Below, piece after piece: positions 23,801-34,126 of a stretch of DNA of 64,000 bases. Position numbers and translations under genes: made by a program. Every line of letters starts with the position of its first letter. The first letter of the stretch is position 1. This stretch comes from Microbotryum violaceum. Lineage: Eukaryota. Under the pieces are notes generated by a model. That model did not search any database. It saw only the letters and a program-made list of their open reading frames with translations, and was not told where the DNA came from. The stretch lies in the NCBI GenBank assembly GCA_001244265.2, contig CDLV01000010.1:1426001-1490000 (forward strand), written 5' to 3'.

Positions 23801-26800
23801 ACAACTCGCCTGTAATACTTGCGACGCCGAAGCAAACCCGCACGCTGTACATTCAGATGGAGTACGTCGAGAAGCTCACCTTGCGGGAAGCGATTGAGGA
23901 AGGCCTTTCCGAAATTGCCTCGTGGCGATTCATGAACCAGATCTTGAGCGCCATGTTGCATTTCACCTCGCTCAACATTATTCATCGAGATCTCAAACCA
24001 TCCAACATCTTCATCGACGGCAAGGAAGATGTCAGAATCGGTGACTTTGGTTTGGCGGTCAATCAGGGTGGGGTGTTGGATCCGACAGATGGGTTGCTAA
24101 GTATGGATTCGTCGATGGACGAGTCGGACTTCACTTCGGGTGTCGGGACGTCGTTGTACATCGCGCCAGAGACGCTGTCCAGGACGCGCACGGAGCGGTC
24201 CATCAAATACTCGAACAAGATTGATAGTGAGTTCCGCGAGGATGTGAGACGACCTGTGTTGAGAGATTCATTCACTTGTTATCGCGAGCCCACAGTGTAT
24301 TCGCTTGGAGTAGTGTTCTTCGAGATGTTCCATGGACCATTCAAGACGGGCATGGAACGGATCCACGTTCTTCGCAGACTACGGGAACCAGAGATCCGGT
24401 TCCCTCCCTCATGGGATATGGTGCGACTCGCTCGACATACCAAGATCGTCCAAACCTGCTTGCAGCACGATCCCGAAAAGCGAGCATCGCCTAAAGATCT
24501 GCTCGCGTCGGATCTCCTCCCTCCTCGAGTCGGGGACGATTCAATCGAGGAAACGATCCGATTGCTCTCGCATTCGGGAACGACCCACGCCCAGACGCTC
24601 ATTACGGCCTTGTTCAACCAAACCGTCGAAGATCGGATCCGCAAGGATTTCTCGTACGATTTCTACGATGGTGAAGGTGCCAAAGTCGACAATGACCCTT
24701 ATGCTGAACTCGTGAGGGATAAGCTGAGTCGGATCTTCCGGCAAAAAGGTGCGGTCTCGATGGACAGTCCACTGTTGATGCCGCATTCTAATATCTATGG
24801 TGCGAGGGATCCTGTCCGGCTGCTCGACTCGGATGGCACGGTTGCTTGTTTGCCGTTTCATCTCAATATCCCGTTTTGTCGAATGGTTGCGAGGGATACG
24901 TCACTCACTCGACTCAAGCGGTGGACTATCGCACCTGTGTATCGACATACCAAAGCGGGAGGGGTAAGGCATGCAAGAGCAGGTAGATTCATCTTGCAGG
25001 AGGTGACTTAGCTAACTCCAACATTTGTTTCGGGCCTCACAGCAACCGCGCGCCGTCCTCAACGCCGCCTTTGACATCGTCACCGACGCCGTCACAGCCG
25101 CAACCGAAGCCGAGATCCTGATCGTCGTCGAAGAGATTCTCGCGGCGTTCCCCCTTACGGGTCAGAAAGTTCACGTGCTCAACCATTCCAAGCTCCTTGA
25201 TGCGGTCGTCGATCGAGTACCCGAGAAGCAACGCGAGGCCGTGCTGGAGGTCTTGCAGCAGCACGGACGGTTGCAGCGCTCTTGGGTTAAGACTTCGAGT
25301 GAATTGCTCAAGATTCCAGGGGTGACCAAGGCAATGTGCGATGAATTTGGGCTGTTGAACACGTCTGGTCAGTCATCGAAGATTTGGGCTTTTAGAGCGC
25401 ACATCATCTGATCTTGTCTGTCATCGCATTCTGTTCGCGCAGGCACTCTCGCCGAGATCCGATCGCTCGTCGTCGACTCGCCACGACTCAAGCACGTCGT
25501 TCAAGAAGGATTCGACGAATTGCAAGAGATTCTCAACTTTAGCCAACAGCTTGGGATCAAGAACATCAAGATCTCGCCTCTCCTCGCGACCAATTGGGAC
25601 TTTCATCGTGATGGGGTGTTGTTCGAGACGCATCACATCCGGGGCAAGATGCGAGAGGTTGTGGCAGCTGGTGGCAGGTGAGTATGGTATGCTGATCTTG
25701 GGAGCAGAAAGTCCTCGCGCTCATCTAGGCGTTTACCATATTGACAGGTTTGACGAGGTGGTTTCGCGACTTGCTGCGCCCGAAGTGCGGTACTCCGGTC
25801 GAGTGCCTCACGTGGTCGGTGTCTCCATCTCGGTCGCCAAGCTCTCCCAAGCGGCGGCGGACGCGAATGCGGCCGCGAGCAAGAGTTTGATGAACCGACG
25901 CGACGAATCGACACGATCGTACGGCCCATGGTCTGTAAGACGGTGTGACGTCTATGTAGTATCTTTCGTCGCGAACTTGATAGAGGCAAGGTGGGACGTG
26001 GTCAAGGATTTGTGGAAGGCGGGGATCAAGGCCGATCTGGTAAGCTCCGAGATACTTCCGCTACAAGATGATCCCCTCACTGACAAGGGACCCCATTTGG
26101 TAGATGTACGACGACAACTTCCTCTCGCTCACACCCGAGCAACTGCAAAGCGCTTGTCGAAGGGAAGGCGTGATGTGGATTGTCATTGTCAAACCAGGTC
26201 AAGCGGCGACCGCGCATGGGCGGCATGCCCTAGACGACGCCGAACGCACACTCAAGGTCAAGAGTGTACTACGTGGCTACGAAGAGGAAGGCGAGTCCAC
26301 CGCCGCCAAATGACGTGAGGGAAGGAAAATAGCTATCCGCTGACAATCCGTTGCATGCGTCGACGTTCTACAGTCCCTCGCTCGGAACTCACGTCCTTCC
26401 TGTCGAAGGAGATGCGCGAACAACAAATCGCCGACGAGTCGTCCAACGAGGCCTTTGACGCCGTCGGGTCTCTGGCCGAACAAGCCAAGTCTTTGCAAAA
26501 TATCTACCCCATCCTTGCGGATGACGACGTCAGGCAAAAAGGCAGGGCGAAGCAGAAGTCGATGATCGCTTCGAGGGCACAGAAATCGGTTGAACAGGCG
26601 GCTCAGGCCGCGGCGGAGGCTCCTGTTTGTGAGTTGTGCAAGGTGGAGGGAGACTTTGGGAGGACCGTCAGGCTGATGTGTGAGATGATGATGTACTCGT
26701 TTAGTTGCTGTCGACGTGGATGGGCAAGCTTATCGCAAGATGTGCGAATCGGCAGCATGGGTCGACGAGTAGGTCGCGGTCCTCGCTTGGTCACCGCCGA

Positions 26801-27085
26801 GTGCCTGTCCTGACGAAACCCTTCCCCACTCACAGCGACGAAGCGTATCGAAGCGTCATCCAACACGCTCCCAATACGAAGCGAGACTACATCGCCTCAA
26901 TCCGACAACAGATCCGCAAGCACAAGGCCGCTTCGTCAACGCCGCTACCGAGCTTTTGGCTAGTGAGTCCTACCCCTTGAAGCCCGAGGGTCCGAGCGGT
27001 CGAACTGAATGTCATCTTTATCGTGCGGTAACAGTTCTCTTTACGGGAAGATCGAAGCGTGTTGTTGACTTGTGATGGTGTGTGA
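20822..27085 (+). CDS. GCN2: eIF2-alpha kinase Gcn2 (RWD, pseudokinase, kinase and HisRS-like domains)
   Basis: ELQEGEMEVL|..IYGDDF (RWD); [115 protein letters not shown]...LWKAGIKADL. Confidence 0.96.
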
Positions 27086-27367
27086 AACCTAGTTCGGAGA
27101 TGACGTGACGTCTCGGCGCTTTTGGGGTTGTATGGCTGATGGCAGGCCAACGCAGCGTGGGCCGCAAGGTGGGCGGAGAATCTATTTGATGGTCAATGGT
27201 GTAACTTTTAGCGTATCGGTGCCTAAGTAATTGTATGACGTGAGGATTCGATGTTCTGCGAAGTCTTTCCATCGGAAGACGGGATTAAGCCGGATCGGAA
27301 ATTGATCGGCATATACATTGAGCTTGTTGGCTGCGCTGCGTCAGCCCGGAACAGTACGGGCCGGCGC

Positions 27368-28702
27368 GAGGACCCCCGAAAGCCCGACCCGAGGCGCGCA
27401 GCGCCCGACTGGACAAATTTTGGGCCTCAGATGGGCCAAAATCGCCAAGGCGCGTAGTCGGGGGTGGACAAATCATGGTGCGCCGGTGTGGGTGGGGTCC
27501 TAGGCCCGTAGGTTTCAGTGGACAAATCGGGACCCATTTCGGCCGCGTTCGGCTTGGAAAGCCAAAGTTTTCCGACCCTCAAAAGCGGCGGGAGCGCGCG
27601 CGAAACATTCTGGGCTGTACCGAATTCACAACAACGGCTCTAATTGATGGATATTTTGCACTTATGCATTCTTTTATGTAGATGTAGATAACCTCTTTGG
27701 CTAGTCGAACGAGGCGTTTGAGCGTTTGAGTGCGCGCGTCTCTGGCCTTCCCCGCCGCGTCGCGTCGACGTCGTCTGTGCCATCATCACTGCCATCATCG
27801 CCAATATCCTACATTCTCGGCACGGCTTGCTTCGGCGAAACGTAGAGACCCGGATATCGATCTGTTTGACGATGATTTTGAGCGAATGGCACCCCTCTTG
27901 GACGTGAGGGTGTCTGAGCTTTTCGCCTCCAGCTTTGACAAACCAGACACCCGGATACAGCTTTCATGGTCGACAGACGAGCCTCTCGAGTTGGAATCCT
28001 TTGCTAGGCCGCTCGATGCTTTGAGGGACGAGTTGAAGATTGTGGAGCAATCCTTGCGGCACGTAGGCAAGGCCACCAGTCTATCACTGTCGGCTGCCTT
28101 TCGACGTCGAATCTGGCGGCATATGCATCACGCTGAGCGCATGCGTTCGGTTGTTCTCAGTAGCTAAGAGTTGGTGAAGTTATCCGCGTGTCGGCATCGA
28201 AGATCAACGTCCCTTCGTTAGAGCTCTGGAAGTGATGCCGTCACTGCTCGTTGAGGAGCAATTACCCCCCTCAATGAACCTGGGGGTTTGTAGATCTCAC
28301 TGTAGCTAGCTTACTGCTTCGCAGAGTGACTGAAATCGATCTTACCTCTCGTGGTTCGTTACATGTATACTATGGCCACGTTAAATCATAGTCAAAGAGG
28401 CAGGCAGTAAGTGCAGGTGAGGAGTCCTCGGCGAAGCAGAACCGAAACGGCTGACGCGCGCGCGGGCTCCGCCGATTCGGCTCGAGCGAAAAACGTCCGG
28501 ACAGCGTTTTCGTGATTTTTGAAGATGTTTTAGAGCATTTGAAGCGAATCTAGAGCTATTTTTTGAGGCGCGTAGATGGACTGGACATTTTGGGGACTTC
28601 TTTGGGCGAAAATTCCAAAAAATGGTGGACAAATGAGGCCCAAAATCGGCGATTTTGCCGGATTTTACCTACGCGCTTCTGGCTGGGCTTTCATGGGTCC
28701 TC
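27368..28702. repeat. Degenerate inverted repeat pair (27368..27429 / 28634..28702) with recurring TGGACAAAT and AGGCGCGTAG motifs
   Basis: Left arm GAGGACCCCCGAAAGCCCGACCCGAGGCGCGCAG...ATTTTGGGCCTCA versus reverse complement of right arm GAGGACCCATGAAAGCCCAGCCAGAAGCGCGTAG...ATTTTGGGCCTCA. Confidence 0.75.
27886..28167 (+). CDS. Possible small orphan protein (93 aa) between the inverted arms
   Basis: ATG-initiated ORF MAPLLDVRVSELF...LDALRDELKIVEQSLRHV with plausible helical composition; no recognisable family. Confidence 0.25.
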   Translation: MAPLLDVRVSELFASSFDKPDTRIQLSWSTDEPLELESFARPLDALRDELKIVEQSLRHVGKATSLSLSAAFRRRIWRHMHHAERMRSVVLSS

Positions 28703-28716
28703 CGGCGCGCCACGGT

Positions 28717-28724
28717 CGAGTCAT
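28717..28724 (-). promoter_or_regulatory. GCRE/CPRE-like site (ATGACTC) upstream of the bZIP gene
   Basis: CGAGTCAT on the plus strand reads ATGACTCG on the minus strand; TGACTC is the Gcn4/CpcA core site. A single short match, so it could be chance. Confidence 0.35.
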
Positions 28725-29100
28725 TTGGATCGCGCACGACGGTGCCAGATCGACTTCGCCCTCTCACGCTGCGTTGGACTCGCACTCAACACGTCATTCA
28801 CACCTTTGAAACGAGAAACGACTTGGACGCCATCGCAGTACAGAGCCCGCTTGCTCCCAGTCCGTTCATTGCCCACCGACACACCGCCGTCTACCGCTCC
28901 CTCCGCTCCCGAGCTCGCCGCGCCGACCGCTGACGACGGCGTAACCGCGTTACACCGATCGCCTATCTCAGACGACCAACCGACCCCCCACCCGAGCCCT
29001 CCGCCTCGATCTACCGCAAAGCCCACCCCCTAGAGCATTATCCAGCGAATACAAACCGACCGACCGACCCGCCCACACGGTCACGCTGCAGTAGACTCGG

Positions 29101-30555
29101 ATGTACCCATTCTCCGCGATGCTTCACCCGGCCCACGATGAGGCGGCGGTGCACATGAGCTCGAGAGCCAGCGCAGCGCCGAGGACTTCGACGACGACGA
29201 ACACGAACATGATGCCCGACTCGATCGCTTCCGTGACCAAACTTGCCTTTGGTGGTCTCAACATGGACATGTCGCTCGACTGCTCCCACTCGAACGCGCC
29301 TACATCGGCGTCGTCGGCGTCGGGATCGTCGTCGCCCTTCTCTGCCGCGTCGCCCTACTTTGGATTTCCGATGGCCACCACCCTCGGCGAAGTTCCCACC
29401 GGTGCGTTCGCGACGCAGCAGCAACAGCAACTCGATCTGGCACCAGCCGAGCTCTTCTTCCAATTCGACTATGGAGATTCCAAAGCCGGTGACGACGTCA
29501 CTCAAACGTTCATGCAGAGTCAGTACATCATCGATTATCGAGGTTCTGCCACCTGCGCGGCCGAACCGGTCCGAATGCGCACTGAAACGTGCCTCCTGTC
29601 TTTCGCCTCCTCCCCTTCCCGCCCGCTCTCAGACTTTATGAACATGCCGATGGACAAGCCCGTCTCTGGGTTCGGATCTACTTTCACCTCCAATGCTCTC
29701 GCCGCCCCTCTACCCCCTTTTGACCCTTTCGTCCTGCCCGAAGTCCTGGCCCCCGAAGCCCGCAAATCGCCCCGCCAAACGGCGCTCTCGTTCGACCAAG
29801 GCCTCGACTCCCCCCTTGGCTTTGACAGTCCCGCCTCTGAAGCTGCTGGTGGATTATTCGATGAAGAAGATCTCGATGAACTTCCTCCTTTGGACTTTGA
29901 CTCTTTCGTACAAGAACCTGCGCACGCATCCGTCGTCCCTTCACCTTCGTCGGCGACCTCCCAACAAGCATCGATCGAAACCCCCTTTGACCTCTCGTTC
30001 CCTTCCACCTTCGCCGCCCCTTCTACAACTTCTTCGACTCTCACACCCACTTCATCATACGAGACAATTGCTCCTACACCTTCCACATCGACCAACGTTC
30101 CTCAACCCACGACAAGGACCCGTCGAACGAAAGCGACCGGCTTCCGAGGCGTGCACACCAAATTAACCGCGCTCGACGCGCCTATTCAACAAAGGACTTA
30201 TGTCGTCCCTTCCGTCACCGCAAGGAAACGCAAGACGATGGCTGTGGAGAGGGAATTGGCCAAGAGGTTGATCGTCGAAATTAAACCGCTCAAGAAAGAG
30301 GTAGAAGTGAGGTGCGAAGTTGTGTCGTCGACTTTGAAGGAGGAAACGGAATCGACCATACCGGAGGATCTTGTCGAAGCTGTGGAGAAGAAAAGGTTGC
30401 AGAATACTTTATCGGCGCGCAAGTCGAGGCAGAGGAAACAAGAGAGGTTGGCCGAGTTGGAGGAGAGGAATGTTGAATTGGAAGTGGAGAATAAGAGGTT
30501 GGAGGAGAGGGTGAAGGACTTGGAGAGGAGGTTGGCGATGGCTGGCTTGTTCTAA
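29101..30555 (+). CDS. GCN4/CPC1-like bZIP transcription factor (true start uncertain: 29101, 29119, 29155 or ~29209)
   Basis: Acidic/aromatic activation region (LFDEEDLDELPPLDFDSF); LDAPIQQRTYVVPSVTARK motif seen in basidiomycete Gcn4-like bZIPs; C-terminal VEKKRLQNTLSARKSRQRKQERLAELE plus leucine zipper; probable intron 29519..29632. Confidence 0.85.
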   Translation: MYPFSAMLHPAHDEAAVHMSSRASAAPRTSTTTNTNMMPDSIASVTKLAFGGLNMDMSLDCSHSNAPTSASSASGSSSPFSAASPYFGFPMATTLGEVPTGAFATQQQQQLDLAPAELFFQFDYGDSKAGDDVTQTFMQSQYIIDYRGSATCAAEPVRMRTETCLLSFASSPSRPLSDFMNMPMDKPVSGFGSTFTSNALAAPLPPFDPFVLPEVLAPEARKSPRQTALSFDQGLDSPLGFDSPASEAAGGLFDEEDLDELPPLDFDSFVQEPAHASVVPSPSSATSQQASIETPFDLSFPSTFAAPSTTSSTLTPTSSYETIAPTPSTSTNVPQPTTRTRRTKATGFRGVHTKLTALDAPIQQRTYVVPSVTARKRKTMAVERELAKRLIVEIKPLKKEVEVRCEVVSSTLKEETESTIPEDLVEAVEKKRLQNTLSARKSRQRKQERLAELEERNVELEVENKRLEERVKDLERRLAMAGLF

Positions 30556-30773
30556 GAGTTGAGTGTGGGGGAAAAGGTGGTTGTATCTTTTGATTCGGAT
30601 GGAGGGTTTTGTTTCTTTGTTTTCATCATTGTTTTTGTGACAATTTTAGTTGGCCTGCGAAGGGCAGAGGTTCCCTTCACTATTTGTAACACTCAGAAGA
30701 CGCTATGCTTATTGCACACAATGACACAAAGCCTTACTCATCTTTAAGAGCTTTTTTTGCGCAACATTATATT

Positions 30774-32545
30774 TCATGCAAGGATCCCAATACGCCACAA
30801 CTCCTCTTCCTCACTCTGCGCTGTATCCCCCGAGGTGTTTTGTTCGGACTCGGTTGCCGCTTTGATTTGTTCAATCGATCGACCCGTCAAAAGGGAGACG
30901 TGTCCTATCGACCGATCTTCGTATCCTTGAGTGACGAGGTCGATCATCCACTATGATTGTAGATACGGTAAGGTGAAGAAAGAGTGTCCGAGCGGATCAG
31001 GAGGAAGGTAGGAGGAGGCTGAGTTGGCGCATAGCTTACCCTTCGTTGTACTTCGAGAGGAGCACCTGGTTGGGCTCGAGGATCTGTGGGGTTCGCGCGG
31101 GCGTAGGCTTTTGGGAAACTGGAGAAGAGAGGGGAGGGGAGATGAAATATGTCTGAGGGGTTTTGGGTGGCGGACTGGTGGGAGTGAGTGAATCGAGGCG
31201 TACGTGATGTGTCTGATCAAGCAGCGCCAATGGAAATGTTAGTCATAATTTGATCGGAATGCAGTCTGCGATTGCGAGAGCGAAGGGGCTTGGGCTCACT
31301 TGATGTCTTTGGCTGTTCGATGAAACCTGATCCTAAGCCCTCGATAGCGTTTACCTCGCTGTTGAAAGCTGAGATCAGTTTCACTATTGCTCAAACCCAA
31401 GGCGTGAAAAGGTTCCTCACCAATTCCAACACGAAACCCCTATGCGACCCTTCGACATCCCGCTGCGCCGGTTTTGCGTCTTGATCGTACCTCGCTGGAG
31501 TGGGTAAGAAAGCGGCGTAGTGATACTTACGGGAGAGTTTGTCCTCTTCGAGATAATCTTCCGCTGTCGGGTCAGCAACGTCGAGGTTGGTCTGATTGAT
31601 GAGATCGTCGTCGTCGTCATCCTCGTCTTCAGAGGTGTCATGGTCTAGGTCAAAGCCTTCTTCATTGAGTTTGGTTTTGAGACGTTGTTTTTTGAATGTC
31701 GGGAGGACCTGGTTGGGAAAGACCAGGAAGTGTGAGCCGAAGTTCGAAAAGGAAGCAAACCGTTCTTTCCTCCAAAACACACCTTGTATGTCCCCAAATC
31801 CCACACGGCCGTAGTCCCTACCCTACTCCCTTCATAAAGCGTATAATCGAGGGTATGGGGATAGGTCTCTATCGCCAAGCGATGTTCGGTCCCTCTTGAA
31901 GGATCCCAATCGGATAAACCTTTCGGGATCGCCCATGAGAGAGTGCCGCCGTCGAGGTGGAGTCGAAGGTCGTAGTGCTTTGCGGTGGCGTGGTGGTTTT
32001 GGATGACGTAAAAGTTTCTTTGAGAGAGGCAGGGGTGGTGGGAGAAGTAGCTGGTGGAGGAGATGTTGGGCGAGTTGTCAGCCTGGACTCGGTTGGCGGG
32101 GCACCACCTTGCGATCGATCAATGGAGGGAAGGGGACCGACGTCTGTATGTGAGCTTCGGAGGCGTGCCAGGCGTAGTAGTCTTGAGCAGTGTATCTTCT
32201 TCTGATGCTCTTGTTTGGTGCCTCCTTTCGGGGTACCTTGGCATGTCTTGGATCATCCTCATGAGCTTGCACGTCAGCGGTTCGATCGCTGCTTGACGAT
32301 TGAGTGCGGGATGGTAGAGCTCGTTTCATTCGAGAAGCAGCTCGCCCAAATGGATCGGTCTCATTGATTCGATCCGGGTGGCTAATGGTGGCCGACCCGG
32401 CCCCTGCAGTGTTGGGAGTGCCGGCGATGACGTCGTCGTCTCCTTTGTTCGCGAGGCGACGAGTCGCAGCTTTCCGTTCTTGTTGCTGCCATTGGCTCAA
32501 ATCGGCCACGCCTGGTCGGGTGATGCGGAAGATGTCGTCGGCCAT
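30774..32545 (-). CDS. Stand-alone LigD-type DNA 3'-phosphoesterase (PE domain) protein
   Basis: Spliced by hand: NFYVIQNHHATAKHYDLRLHLDGGTLSWAIPKG...RLAIETYPHTLDYTLYEG...VWDLGTY...FVLEL|RGKRYRG...QRR|WMI...SLLTGRSIEQI, covering the LigD PE motifs (QxH, HYDxRL, SWAxPKG, H..DY..EG, WDxG.Y). Confidence 0.88.
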
Positions 32546-32800
32546 CTCCTATTCCCACGGACCCACGGCACGTTGATCCGAGGCAATGCGGACTCGGGCG
32601 GACTCGACGAGACTCGACGCGCCAACTTTGAACTGTTTGAAGACTTTGAAGCGTGCGTATAGTCCTCACTATTAGTCCTCATTAGCGTGCGTTTGGAACG
32701 GCCTGCTTGGAATTGCCCCTGGCTGTGATCTTGCCCCCAAGTTGCCCTTCGCCTCGTCCCGGCGGAGGCTACCCGTGGCCCTCGCCCCGGATCCTCCAAG

Positions 32801-33901
32801 ATGAAGCGACCCAAAGTGAAAGAACTGCGCCAAGCGGTCGCCACCACCCGGCGGTACACCTACCCGCACCGGCCCCGTACAGACTACTACGCGATCGCAC
32901 GTCGAGCCGCTCTCTTGTTCGTCGTCATCCTCATCATTTCCGCACTCCTGACGGCCCTGTATGATATAGGAGTTCAAGTACCGAAGAGTACTCATTCGAG
33001 CAAGATCAGTGATCTAGTTCTCATCTTGGGGGCTTATGTCGCTGTGGTCAGTCGACGCGCACGTGACATGCTCGACTTTTTGTGTCGGGCGGAGCTGACG
33101 GTGGTTCGGCCGGTGTGGTAGATCTTGATTGGCATCTCGATCATGATCTCGAGGAGATTCGCCCTTTCCAAAGAATACACCTCCATTCCCAAAGGCTACA
33201 TCCCTATCCAGTCCACCGATGTGCCCCAGGTTTGTTTCATCGCCCTTCTTTCGTCCCTTGCTTCCTCTCGAACGCTGACCACCTTCTGTTCGGCGTTGCT
33301 CCTCCAGCCTGCTTTCAATCTCGTCTCGAACGAATACGATCGAGCGGCCGTCATCGCTCATATCTCGCAACCTCGCCATCGCACTCAGCAAGGATGGGGC
33401 AGACCGGGTCAGTTCCTGGAGGGCATGCTCGAAAATCACAGACGCTAGGAATGCATGACTGATTGGGATGTCACTCTACTCTGAAAGGCACACCACACGA
33501 GAACGTCCATTTCCGTACCTCTATCCTCGCTACTATTCCCGCCCTAGGTGAGCACCACTGCACCATCTACTCAACCGAAAAAAGAAAAAAGAAAATCCTT
33601 CCTTACCGCCCTATTCCACTCTTAACAACGTCCCTATCCAGAATCAACTCTCTCCTCAGGCCCCCTCTCATCCTACCACTCAACCCACTCCCGGTCATCC
33701 CCCCTCTCCCCCTTAACCCCCCTCCTGAAATCCGGTGTACTGCCCCCTCCGATCGTCGCCGTAGCTCAAGCGTACGAACAAATCCTCCAACGAGCACGGT
33801 ATGGCGTCGATGAACCGACGGAAAGGGACTATGATGATATGGTCAGGTATGTGGCGGTGTTGATGGGGATGCTGGAGAGGATTGGGGCGGTAAAAAAGTA
33901 G
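32801..33901 (+). CDS. Dlt1-like (defect at low temperature 1) two-TM membrane protein
   Basis: Two TM helices, then SRR...SIPKGYIPI...DVP...VSNEYDRAAVIA...GWGRPG and a C-terminal QRARYGVDEPTERDY; divergent from the PE gene (ATGs 256 bp apart). Confidence 0.7.
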
Positions 33902-34126
33902 GTCCAGGCTCGTGAAAGGGGATCGACAAAGTGGTTGGGTGTCTGCCAATGTGTTGTATGAATGGTTGTACGTGTGTGTGTGTTGTATCAGATAGATCTC
34001 GAATTGCAAGCCCAAACAGAGTTAGTCTCTGGTATCCACTCAGTCGGCTTCCCATTGATACGGGCTCAACATGAAAATGCAATACCGTACTTCACGAGAC
34101 AGGCTACAAACATGCAAACCTCCTCT

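Noticed and set aside
28563-29100. Non-AUG N-terminal extension of the bZIP as in Neurospora cpc-1
   Set aside because: An in-frame TAG at 29092-29094 closes the frame just before ATG 29101, and the Pro-rich ORF 28563..29033 is in another frame.
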